A DNA stretch of 64,000 nt from Bacteroidota bacterium (GTDB lineage: Bacteria > Bacteroidota > Bacteroidia > Chitinophagales > LD1). The translations under genes and the position numbers were made by a program. Location: the NCBI GenBank assembly GCA_947475165.1, contig CANJLD010000013.1, positions 13,250-77,249 of the forward strand, written 5' to 3'. Positions 26,425 through 35,800 of this stretch are shown piece after piece. Positions within the stretch are counted from its first letter, which is position 1. Each line of letters starts with the position of its first letter. Under the pieces are notes generated by a model, which saw only the letters and a list, made by a program, of their open reading frames with translations, did not search any database and was not told the origin of the DNA.

Positions 26425-27756
26425 TTATATGTGCATTTTTAAAATCTCTTTTGTCTTGTCTGTTACTTTAAACCTTTCGTCAATACGGTAGCCTGCCACC
26501 CAAACAATTTTCTTGTTTGATTCAATCACCCAGATGTTTTCTTTTTCGTTGAGCGAAACCTTTTCATCAGTAAAGAACTTCTTTAGTTTCTTCTTTTTCA
26601 ACTTCATCCCGAAAGGGTAGAAGTAGTCTCCCTGTTTCCATTTGCGTACTATGAGAGGGAATTCGAGTTTACTCTTATCGAGAAACGCGGAGCGTTTATC
26701 TGGTGTGATTGGTGATTGGTGATTGGTGATTTGTAATTTCCCTTTGCCCAACTTCACTTCTTTGTCTCCTTCACATATAAATTGAATAGAGAAATCTTTA
26801 TCCGCCAGTTTTGTTAGAATTAAAAACCTTCTGTCTTTAATAATTCTTGCAGTTGAGGAAAGAAACTGCTTGCCTGCTTCACCATCAACAGCGCCAAGTA
26901 TATCATCTACCTGTTCTGAATTAAAACCATAATCTTTCAAATACTCAAACAAAACGCTGGAAGCGTTTTCGGTTTTCTTCAGTTTGAGAATAGGAATGTA
27001 AATGTCGTTGGCTCTTTGTAGGAAAAGTTGTGAAGATGATTTCTTCATCTCCTTTTCATACATCACTTCAAGTTCAGTAAACAATTCAATCTTATCAGCA
27101 AAAGCATTTTCGAGGGAAGGATTTATCTCTTTCAGCAGCGGAATAATATTGTGACGGATTTTATTGCGCGTGTATTTGTCATCGGCATTTGAACTATCTT
27201 CTCTAAACTCTAATTTGTTTTGTTGCTGATAGTTTTCAATCTCTTCTCGTGAAGCAAACAAAAGCGGACGAACAATGTTTCCTTGTCTTACAGGAATTCC
27301 TCTTAATCCTCTTATGCCAGTACCTTTGGTGAGGTTTAAAAGAATGGTTTCGATATTGTCGTTTAGATGATGAGCGGTGGCAATAAGATCAAACTCTTTT
27401 TCTTTCCGCAATTCTTCAAACCAAGTGTAACGCAGTTCGCGGGCAGCCAACTGAATAGAAATGCTTTTCTCCACAGCATATTTCTTTGTGTCAAACTTCT
27501 TTACAAAAACTTCTATGCCATATTTCTTTCCTAACTCCTTTACTAATTGTTCATCGCCATCAGATTCCTTTCCGCGTAATTGAAAATTGCAATGGGCAAT
27601 TGCAAAAGGAAATTTTGCTTCATTAAATAAAACGCACATCACTACCGAATCAATTCCTCCACTTACGGTAAGCATGGTTTTCTTCTTCGCATTAGCCAAA
27701 CGCTTTGCTGTGTTGAACTCAATAAACTTCTGCACCAGTGCTTTCTTTTTATTCAT
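26425..27756 (-). CDS. tilS: tRNA(Ile)-lysidine synthetase TilS
   Basis: PP-loop SGGIDSVV and conserved HHLNDNIET. 443 aa. Confidence 0.9.
   Translation of the reverse strand: MNKKKALVQKFIEFNTAKRLANAKKKTMLTVSGGIDSVVMCVLFNEAKFPFAIAHCNFQLRGKESDGDEQLVKELGKKYGIEVFVKKFDTKKYAVEKSISIQLAARELRYTWFEELRKEKEFDLIATAHHLNDNIETILLNLTKGTGIRGLRGIPVRQGNIVRPLLFASREEIENYQQQNKLEFREDSSNADDKYTRNKIRHNIIPLLKEINPSLENAFADKIELFTELEVMYEKEMKKSSSQLFLQRANDIYIPILKLKKTENASSVLFEYLKDYGFNSEQVDDILGAVDGEAGKQFLSSTARIIKDRRFLILTKLADKDFSIQFICEGDKEVKLGKGKLQITNHQSPITPDKRSAFLDKSKLEFPLIVRKWKQGDYFYPFGMKLKKKKLKKFFTDEKVSLNEKENIWVIESNKKIVWVAGYRIDERFKVTDKTKEILKMHI
26705..26739. repeat. five tandem heptamers GTGATTG inside tilS
   Basis: gtgattg gtgattg gtgattg gtgattt gtaattt, which encodes LQITNHQSPIT on the minus strand. 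Confidence 0.8.
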
Positions 27757-28096
27757 CTTCTAATTGAGTAAGTGCTTCGTTCAGTTCTCTTAATGTTTTG
27801 TTGTCTCCTGCAATTCTTGTCACTTCCTTCCCTTTATTATAAGCAGCTATTGCTTTGTCTGTTTCCTGGAACCGCTCATGGAGTTTGCCGAGTTGGTAGT
27901 AAGTAGCCAAATAATCAGGAAATTTTTCCGTAAGTAACTCTAAATACTTCTTCGCTTCTGTATCATCACCGGCACTAATATATTCCTGAGAAAGGGCGAA
28001 TTTCAGAAACGCATCATCCGGCTTTTGCGCTTCCCATTCTTTCAGTTTTTTCAGCCGCTCTTCATTCATATTTTCAGTTGCGTTTTCATCGAACAA
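27749..28096 (-). CDS. small TPR-repeat protein
   Basis: 115 aa with TPR-like helices (…AKKYLELLTEKFPDYLATYYQLGKLHERF…). It overlaps the tilS start by 8 nt. Confidence 0.7.
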   Translation of the reverse strand: MFDENATENMNEERLKKLKEWEAQKPDDAFLKFALSQEYISAGDDTEAKKYLELLTEKFPDYLATYYQLGKLHERFQETDKAIAAYNKGKEVTRIAGDNKTLRELNEALTQLEDE

Positions 28097-28170
28097 TGGT
28101 AGGGAAAATTTGTTTTGATAATTATCAAACTTAAATACTTTCGCACCGCAATTTTAAAAACAATATACAG

Positions 28171-28911
28171 ATGAAGATACTTGTTCCAATAGCTAAAGTT
28201 CCCGATACTACTTCTAAAATCGCTTTTGTTGACAATAACACCAAGTTCAATCCTGACGGTGTTACTTTTATTATGAACCCAACCGATGAGTGGTATGCCC
28301 TGGTTCGCGCTATTGAGTTGAAAGAAAAACAAGGTGGCGAAGTAGTGGTAATTCACGTTGGTCTGGCTGATTCTGAACAAATTATTCGTAAAGCTCTTGC
28401 GATTGGTGCTGATAAAGCTGTGCGTGTAGATGCTGACCCTACTGATGCATATTTTATAGCTGCTCAAATTGCTGCTCATGCAAAAACAGAAAACTACGAT
28501 TTGATTATTGCCGGTAAAGAAACTATCGACTATAACTCTTATGAAGTAGGCGGAATGGTTGCTGAACTGCTTGACCTTCCATGTGTGGCGCTTGTTCAGA
28601 AATTAGAAATCGAGAACGGAGTCGCAACAATCAAGAGAGAAATTGAAGGCGGAACTGAAACCGTTGAAGTGAAATTACCGATGGTGGTTTGCGCACAAAA
28701 AGAATTAGCTGAAGCTCGTATCCCGAACATGAAAGGAATTATGGGTGCAAGAACAAAACCTTTGACGGTTGTTCCTGCCGATGCTACTGAAAAGCTGACA
28801 ACTATTACCAGCTATCATCTTCCTGATAAAGCAAATGAGTGCAAGTATGTATCACCGGATAATGTAGGTGAGCTTGTAAGATTGCTACACGAAGAAGCAA
28901 AAGTTGTTTAA
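28171..28911 (+). CDS. etfB: electron transfer flavoprotein beta subunit
   Basis: MKILVPIAKVPDTTSKI... is a typical EtfB N-terminus. The gene lies upstream of etfA. Confidence 0.92.
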   Translation: MKILVPIAKVPDTTSKIAFVDNNTKFNPDGVTFIMNPTDEWYALVRAIELKEKQGGEVVVIHVGLADSEQIIRKALAIGADKAVRVDADPTDAYFIAAQIAAHAKTENYDLIIAGKETIDYNSYEVGGMVAELLDLPCVALVQKLEIENGVATIKREIEGGTETVEVKLPMVVCAQKELAEARIPNMKGIMGARTKPLTVVPADATEKLTTITSYHLPDKANECKYVSPDNVGELVRLLHEEAKVV

Positions 28912-28950
28912 GTCTATTGTCTAACATCTAAAGTCTAAAATCAAAAATAT
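28912..28950 (+). repeat. five tandem heptamers (RTCTAWW) filling the etfB-etfA spacer up to the etfA ATG
   Basis: gtctatt gtctaac atctaaa gtctaaa atcaaaa atat ATG. The same motif type lies 5' of gyrA. Confidence 0.7.
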
Positions 28951-29928
28951 ATGGCAGTTTTAAGTTTTGTAGAAGTATCGCAAGGGAAAATAAAGAAAGC
29001 ATCGGTTGAAGCCGCTTACTATGGTTCTAAAGTGGCTGAAGGTCTTGGTACCGATTCAATAGCGGTTGTTCTAGGAACAGCATCTGCAGAAGAATTGGCA
29101 ACGCTCGGAACAGTTGGTGTGAAGAAGGTTCTTCATGCGAGTGATGCACGTTTCAATAACTTCGATTCAAAAGCATTTACCAAAGCGGTAAGCGAAGCAG
29201 CAAACGGTGCCGGTGCTACTGTGGTTGTTCTTTCATTTAACCAAAACGGAAAACTTTTAGCTCCGCGTATCTGCGTTCGTTTGAAAGCTGCTTATGTTCC
29301 CGGTGCTGTGGAGTTACCGGTGTTTAATGGAGCAAGCGCAACGGTTAAGAAAAATGTTTTCTCCGGTAAAGCAACTGCCGAATATCAATTGAATACAGAA
29401 AAGAAAGTAATTGCAGTAAATCCTAATTCACTATCACCTGTTCGCGGTGCGGGTGCGGCAGCGGTTGAAACTTTTGCTCCGGAAATGGCTGATACCGATT
29501 TTGCATCAGTAGTAAAAGGTGCCGATTTAATTGTTGGCGAAATTCCATTGAGCGAAGCAGAGTTAGTTGTGTCTGCCGGTCGCGGAATGAAAGGACCTGA
29601 GAACTGGGGACCGATTGAAGAACTTGCCAAATTATTAGGTGCAGCAACAGCTTGCTCACGTGCAGTGGCTGATGTTGATTGGAGACCTCACCACGAGCAT
29701 GTTGGTCAAACCGGTTTAACCATCCGCCCTAATCTTTATATCGCTGTTGGTATATCAGGAGCTATTCAGCACTTGGCCGGAGTAAACGGGTCGAAGGTTA
29801 TTGTGGTAATTAACACCGACCCTGAAGCACCATTCTTTAAAGCTGCCGATTATGGAATTATAGGAGATGCAGCGGTAGTAGTACCAAAGTTGATTGAAGA
29901 GTTTAAGAAACAAAAAGCTGCTCACTAA
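28951..29928 (+). CDS. etfA: electron transfer flavoprotein alpha subunit
   Basis: Conserved FAD-binding C-terminal region VVSAGRGM...YIAVGISGAIQHLAG. Confidence 0.92.
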   Translation: MAVLSFVEVSQGKIKKASVEAAYYGSKVAEGLGTDSIAVVLGTASAEELATLGTVGVKKVLHASDARFNNFDSKAFTKAVSEAANGAGATVVVLSFNQNGKLLAPRICVRLKAAYVPGAVELPVFNGASATVKKNVFSGKATAEYQLNTEKKVIAVNPNSLSPVRGAGAAAVETFAPEMADTDFASVVKGADLIVGEIPLSEAELVVSAGRGMKGPENWGPIEELAKLLGAATACSRAVADVDWRPHHEHVGQTGLTIRPNLYIAVGISGAIQHLAGVNGSKVIVVINTDPEAPFFKAADYGIIGDAAVVVPKLIEEFKKQKAAH

Positions 29929-29948
29929 GAGCTAAGAATAAAATTAGG

Positions 29949-29985
29949 AATGTCATGCTGAATAAAAAGCATGACATTTTTATTT
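29949..29985 (+). terminator. rho-independent terminator after etfA
   Basis: 11-bp stem aatgtcatgct / agcatgacatt followed by a T-run. Confidence 0.85.
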
Positions 29986-30035
29986 ATGGAAAATCACTTT
30001 ACATTTCGCACCGCTTGACTATTTTAGATTGAGGA

Positions 30036-30629
30036 ATGAAGAAAATTGAACTCGATATTATTGCCCTTTCGCACAGCGTAACACAGTCGCATTCGTTTGC
30101 AGTGGTGTTGGGCGAAGTTGGCGGCACGCGTAGATTACCAATAGTTATTGGCGGGTTCGAAGCACAGGCCATTGCAGTGGCTCTTGATAACATGAAACCA
30201 TCACGTCCGCTTACACACGATTTGATGAAAACCATGTGTGATACTTTTGAGATTGAACTGGAATACATTTTTATTTCTAAGCTGGCTGATGGTGTTTTCT
30301 ATTCAAACCTTGTATGTAAACGCGGTGCTGAATACTTTGATATTGATTCGCGCACCAGCGATGCTTTGGCACTTGCCGTTCGTTTTGATTGCCCTATTTA
30401 TGTAGAGGAATCTATTTTGTTAGAAGCAGGAGTGGAGGCAGACCCGAACGAACAAGTATCTCTTATAAACCCGGAAGAAACAGAAGCAGCCGAGCTGACT
30501 AAAACTTCGGCAACTAATTATCATGCTATGAGTGTTCCCGAATTACAGGTGGAACTTAAAACTGCTCTTGATAATGAGGATTATGAACTTGCCGCACGTA
30601 TTCGCGATGAGTTGAACCACCGGAAGTGA
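30036..30629 (+). CDS. bifunctional nuclease (DUF151/BFN) with C-terminal UVR motif
   Basis: SFAVVLGEVGGTRRLPIVIGGFEAQAI... and C-terminal DNEDYELAARIRDEL. Confidence 0.8.
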   Translation: MKKIELDIIALSHSVTQSHSFAVVLGEVGGTRRLPIVIGGFEAQAIAVALDNMKPSRPLTHDLMKTMCDTFEIELEYIFISKLADGVFYSNLVCKRGAEYFDIDSRTSDALALAVRFDCPIYVEESILLEAGVEADPNEQVSLINPEETEAAELTKTSATNYHAMSVPELQVELKTALDNEDYELAARIRDELNHRK

Positions 30630-30699
30630 TTTAAGATTGAAAATTGAATACCGGTCGCGGTTCTGAATTTCTTCAATCTTAAATATTCAATTTTAAATC
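30628..30699 (+). promoter_or_regulatory. inverted heptamer arrays able to form two mutually exclusive hairpins between the nuclease and nucleoside-transporter genes
   Basis: The 5' arm is gatttaa gattgaa aattgaa ta and the 3' arm is ttcaatc ttaaata ttcaatt ttaaatc. There is a perfect 13-bp pairing (30629-30641 with 30672-30684), or alternatively a pairing with 30684-30699. Confidence 0.5.
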
Positions 30700-30772
30700 T
30701 GCATTCACCACTCGCTGCTCGCCACTAACTATTCACTATTTCTTTTATGTTTGAACAAATCTAATTTTAAGC

Positions 30773-32053
30773 ATGGAACGTTTTACCGGACTGATTGGTA
30801 TTGCTTTAATTCTGGGAATTGCATTTGCATTTAGTAACAACCGGAAGGCTATAAGTTACCGGTTAGTGTTAAGCGGTTTGGGTTTGCAATTAGCACTCGC
30901 TGTGTTTGTTCTTAAAACAAGTATTGGCCAAAACACATTTCAATACGCGGGTGATAAAATAAAACGCCTGCTCGAAATGGCAGACAAAGGCGGTGAGTTT
31001 GTGTTTGGTGGTTTAATGCGGCCCGATTTGCTGCATCCTATTTTTGGCGACCAGTACAGTTTTCTTTTCATGTTCCGCATTATGCCCACTATAATTTTTG
31101 TGGCGGTGCTGGTAAGTATAGCTTACCACATTGGCATTATGCAGATAATTGTTTCTGCCATTGCGCGCGCAGTACATTTTCTAATGCGTGTATCGGGAAG
31201 CGAAGCACTATCGAATGTGGCCTCTACTTTTGTTGGTCAGGTGGAAGCGCAGATTATGATTAAGCCGTACATCAGCACCATGACCATGAGCGAGTTGCTG
31301 GCGAGTATGAGCGGAAGTATGGCTTGTATTGCGGGTGGGGTAATGGCTGTTTATATTTCGATGGGTGTACCGGCAGCGTATCTGTTAGCCGCCAGTATTA
31401 TGGCGGCACCGGCCTCGCTGGTTATTGCTAAAATTGTTTGGCCGGAGACCGAAGAAAGTGCCACCAAAGGAGCAGTTAAATTAGAAGTGAAACAAGTACA
31501 CGCCAATTTGCTTGATGCCATATCGCACGGTGCCGGTGACGGGCTTAAAGTTTCGCTGAATGTAATTGCTATGCTTATAGGTTTTATAGCCCTTATTGCT
31601 TTGGTAAATGCTGTGCTTATTAAAATAGGAGCCATTATTGCCATGACCGGCATGAACCTGGATATGATTGGTATTAACCTGAACCATTTTACCCTCGACT
31701 CTATCTTTGGTGCTATCTTCTCGGTATTTGCCTGGACTATGGGCGTACCTGCCAACGAAACGCATACGGTAGGAACGCTGCTGGGAACTAAACTCGTTAT
31801 CAACGAATTTGTGGCGTATGCTAATCTATCGCCTATGATTAAAGCCGGCACACTTTCGCCTAAGGCTTTGGTGATAGTAAGTTTTGCGCTTTGCGGCTTT
31901 GCCAACTTTAGCTCTATTGCCATTCAGGTTGGCGGTATTGGAGAACTAGCCCCTGACAGACGTAAAGATTTAGCCAAACTCGGATTTAAAGCGTTGATGT
32001 GCGGCACACTTGCCAGTTATCTTTCGGCTACTATTGCAGGGATACTTTCGTAA
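30773..32053 (+). CDS. concentrative nucleoside transporter (NupC/CNT family)
   Basis: 426-aa polytopic protein with conserved CNT C-terminal region ...GFANFSSIAIQVGGIG.... Confidence 0.85.
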   Translation: MERFTGLIGIALILGIAFAFSNNRKAISYRLVLSGLGLQLALAVFVLKTSIGQNTFQYAGDKIKRLLEMADKGGEFVFGGLMRPDLLHPIFGDQYSFLFMFRIMPTIIFVAVLVSIAYHIGIMQIIVSAIARAVHFLMRVSGSEALSNVASTFVGQVEAQIMIKPYISTMTMSELLASMSGSMACIAGGVMAVYISMGVPAAYLLAASIMAAPASLVIAKIVWPETEESATKGAVKLEVKQVHANLLDAISHGAGDGLKVSLNVIAMLIGFIALIALVNAVLIKIGAIIAMTGMNLDMIGINLNHFTLDSIFGAIFSVFAWTMGVPANETHTVGTLLGTKLVINEFVAYANLSPMIKAGTLSPKALVIVSFALCGFANFSSIAIQVGGIGELAPDRRKDLAKLGFKALMCGTLASYLSATIAGILS

Positions 32054-32315
32054 TACTTTTCACTGCCCCTCATCACATTTTTGTTTTGGATTAATTTAGT
32101 TTTGAGATAGTGACATGACTCTTGTCTTTTGTAATTAGCCATGTAATTCTTTTTATTACTACACTTCAAAAATAATTGTGGATATCAATATTTTTATTTC
32201 CTTTGAAGTAGCTGAATTGTTTAAGTGACGATATATGTTGTTCTTTTTTATCTCTGTAAATTGTATTTTTTCTTCTGTTCAGTATAAACAAAAAACATTT
32301 TAAAACCAATTGCTT

Positions 32316-32771
32316 ATGAAAAGAGTTTACCCTGTAATCAATAGCTTACTTTGTTGCGGTTACGAAATTAATTTCCATTCATTTATTTATGGTAAAGGGC
32401 GGGTGTTACTCGCCTTTATTATTTGTGCAATGTTCACCGGAACCGTTGTCCCGGCTTATGCACAAACAACTGTAAAGTCAACAGCAGAATATCAACCTGC
32501 CAAACAAGGCACCTATCAATTAATCTTCAACAACCGCAATCAGGATAAGGAAATAGTTCTTGATGCGCATGAGTTATTGGTAATTGAAAAGCTACGAAAA
32601 GATAATGAGGTAGTTTATGCAGCTGCTACATACTCTGATGATATCCGTGTAAAGATACTTCCGCGTAATGCAATTAACAGTCCGGGTTTCAAACCTGTTC
32701 CTTTAAAATACTATAAGGATGAAGAAAGTTACGAAGAGTATCATAACATCCGCTACATAGAATTACAATAA
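32316..32771 (+). CDS. hypothetical protein upstream of the giant adhesin
   Basis: ATG at 32316 (the ORF track uses TTG at 32310). There is an internal hydrophobic segment ending AYAQ. I recognise no family. It ends 58 bp before the adhesin start. Confidence 0.55.
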   Translation: MKRVYPVINSLLCCGYEINFHSFIYGKGRVLLAFIICAMFTGTVVPAYAQTTVKSTAEYQPAKQGTYQLIFNNRNQDKEIVLDAHELLVIEKLRKDNEVVYAAATYSDDIRVKILPRNAINSPGFKPVPLKYYKDEESYEEYHNIRYIELQ

Positions 32772-32829
32772 GCCTGACTCAAATTATTTTTTCAAGAAAT
32801 AGCATTAACAAGTTTATAAACTTAAGCCA

Positions 32830-35800
32830 ATGAGAAATTTTACAAAACTCCTGACACCCTTTTTTGTTTTTGTTCTTTCAGTATTGAGTGGAAATGTTTT
32901 CGCTCAGGTACCCGGCAATGATTTAATCTGCAACGCAACTGTTCTTTCAGTAGGGCTTAGTTGCACGCAAGGTACTAACCTAAACTCAACTGCCACCGGT
33001 AGCCCCGCAGTAGCAACTTGCTGGAATCCGGCATCCTCTAATAATGATGTGTGGTATAGCTTTGTGGCTACTACTGTTAACATGACGGTAAGTACAGACT
33101 TTTCAGGGTTAACACTCAACAACACACAAATTGCTGTATACAGTTCTTCCACTAATAACTGCACCGGTACACTTACCTTAGTTGGTTGCGGTGAAAACGG
33201 TGGAACTAACGTAACCAATAACTCTATTACAGATATGAGTTTAGTTCCCGGAAATACCTACTTTATACGTGTAGATGGAAACGGAACAGCAACAGGTACT
33301 TTTTGCGTAAGTATATATGACACTTACACTCCAGGCTCAACTCCTTGCGAAGCGCAAATTGTAAACGCTAATAACCTTACCTGCTCAAATACAAACGGTA
33401 ATCAGGCAAATAACAATACCAATCCGGCCGCTTCTTACCCGGTTATTGGTTCTGATTATGGTGGTTGCGATAATGAGACCAATCAAGTGGGAACTTGGGC
33501 AACGTTTACTCCGAATAGCGCAAGTGTTACGCTCACTAATCAAAGCGGTGGTGCTCGTGACTATACACTATTTGGTGGAACCTGTGATAATTTAAGTTGG
33601 ATTAGCTGCACATCAGTAGCAAATAATGCTACTACGCAATTTCCTAATTTAACTTTAGGTGGAACTTATTTCATACTAACTACTGTTCAAGCAAGTGCTA
33701 CTACTACCAATGTAAATACAAATTTTTGCTTAACAAACACTGTTCCTTGCACTCCGCCTACAAATAATACTTGTGCAACTGCACTGGCAGTAACTGCAAA
33801 CGTGCCTTATAGTGTAACTAACTATTGTGCAACAGCTGATCAACCGCCTGCATTATGTTCAGGTACACTTCAAAACAATATCTGGTTTAACTGGACTACT
33901 CCTGCTAACTGGACTGGTCAGGCCTTTTTCCAATTGTTTCAGGAGAATTGTAGCGATGGAGCAAACTCTCAGGGAATGCAATGTTCTGTTTATACTGCCG
34001 GTGTGGTTTGTGGAAGCACAGCTAACTGTGTTGCTACTTCTAATACCATTACAGATAATAACGTAAATATAGTTTGGACACCTGTGCCCGGTGCCACTTA
34101 CCTGATTAACTATGATGGTTACTCAGGTGAAGTATGTTATATGAATTTTCAAATTACCAATACCGCTTCGGTAGTAGTGGTATCGGTTAACTCTGCAACT
34201 ATTTGCGCAGGCGATTCAGTAGTGCTTACTGCAACCAGTAATGCTACCGGTTATACCTGGTCAACCGGTCAAACAGGAAGTTCAATAACTGTTAGTCCTT
34301 CAACTACCACATCTTACTCTGTTTCTGCAACTGCCGGTGGAACCGGTTCTGCAATTTCAACAGTAACGGTGAATCCTATTCCCGCCTCACCAACAGCAGG
34401 AAGTAATACACCGGTATGTGAAGGTGCATCTTTAAATTTAACGGCAACCAATATTACTAATGCTGATTACAGTTGGACCGGACCAAACGGATTTACTTCA
34501 AACCAACAGAATCCATCAATTCCGAATGTTTCGCCAGCTGCAGCTGGAACTTATGAAGTGACTGCCACGGTACTTAACTGCGCTAATCATCCCGCAACTA
34601 CCACAGTAGTTATAAATCCTGTACCGGCTGCACCAACTGCAGGAAGTAACAGCCCTGTTTGTACCGGTGGCACTATAGATTTAACAGCCACCAGTAACAC
34701 ATTGAACACTGATTACAGTTGGACAGGTCCAAACGGATTTACATCGAATTTGCAAAATCCCTCTATTCCAAATTCTACTGCTGCTAATTCAGGCACTTAT
34801 TCTGTAACTACCTCTGTATTGGGTTGTGTTAGTGCTGCATCTTCTACAGTTGTAACTGTAAGCCAAACACCTGCCGCACCGGTTGCAGGAAGTAATAGTC
34901 CAATTTGCGAAGGTTCAAACCTCAATCTATTTGTAGGTACCGTTGCCGGTGCCACTTATAGCTGGACTGGCCCTAATGGATTTACCTCGAACTTACAAAA
35001 CCCTTCTGTGCCAGGCGCAACTGCAAGCGATGCCGGAGTGTATGAAGTAGTGGCGGTAATTTCTGGTTGCTCAAGTAATACCGGTACCACAACTGTAGTG
35101 GTTAACGCTATACCCGCTGCACCTGTTGTTGGAAGCAATTCGCCAGTTTGCGAAGGGGAAACAATTAACTTAACGGTTTCAACTATTCAAGGTGCAACAT
35201 ATGCTTGGACAGGGCCAAACGGGTTTACTTCTAACCTTCAAAACCCTTCTATTCCAAATGCACAGGATGTAGCATCGGGCACCTATTCATTGGTTGCAAC
35301 TTTAGCAGGCTGTAGCAGCGACCCGGGAACAACTCTGGTATTGGTGAATAAAATCCCGGCACCACTTGCATCGAGCAACAGCCCGATATGCGCGGGTGCA
35401 ACTTTAAATTTAACTTCAACCACTTTTGGAAACGCAACATATACATGGTCGGGACCAAACGGATTCACATCTAACTTGCAAAACGCTTCCATTCCAAATG
35501 CAGATGTTAATGCATCAGGAACTTATTCAGTAACCGTATCATCAAATGGATGCACCAGCACTTCTGCCGGAACGGTAACAGTTGTAGTAAATGTAACATC
35601 ACCACCGGTGGCATCTAATAGCGGACCAATTTGTTCCGGTGCTACTTTAAACTTAGCAGCAACTACTATCACAGGTGCCACTTATAGCTGGACAGGACCA
35701 AACGGTTTTGCCTCAACTTTGCAAAACCCATCTATTATTAATGCCACCACTGCTGCCTCAGGAACATACTCAGTAACAGCAAACGTAAGCGGATGTAACA

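Noticed and set aside
28066-28479. 137-aa minus-strand ORF overlapping the etfB start
   Set aside because: It overlaps the strongly conserved etfB gene and the TPR gene end, has implausible composition, and has no independent support.
31351-31923. 190-aa antisense ORF inside the nucleoside transporter gene, and similar ones at 17353-17851 inside the TSUP gene
   Set aside because: Long antisense ORFs are common opposite Ala/Gly/Leu-rich membrane-protein genes. There are no start context, motif or independent signals, and the sense-strand genes are clearly conserved families.
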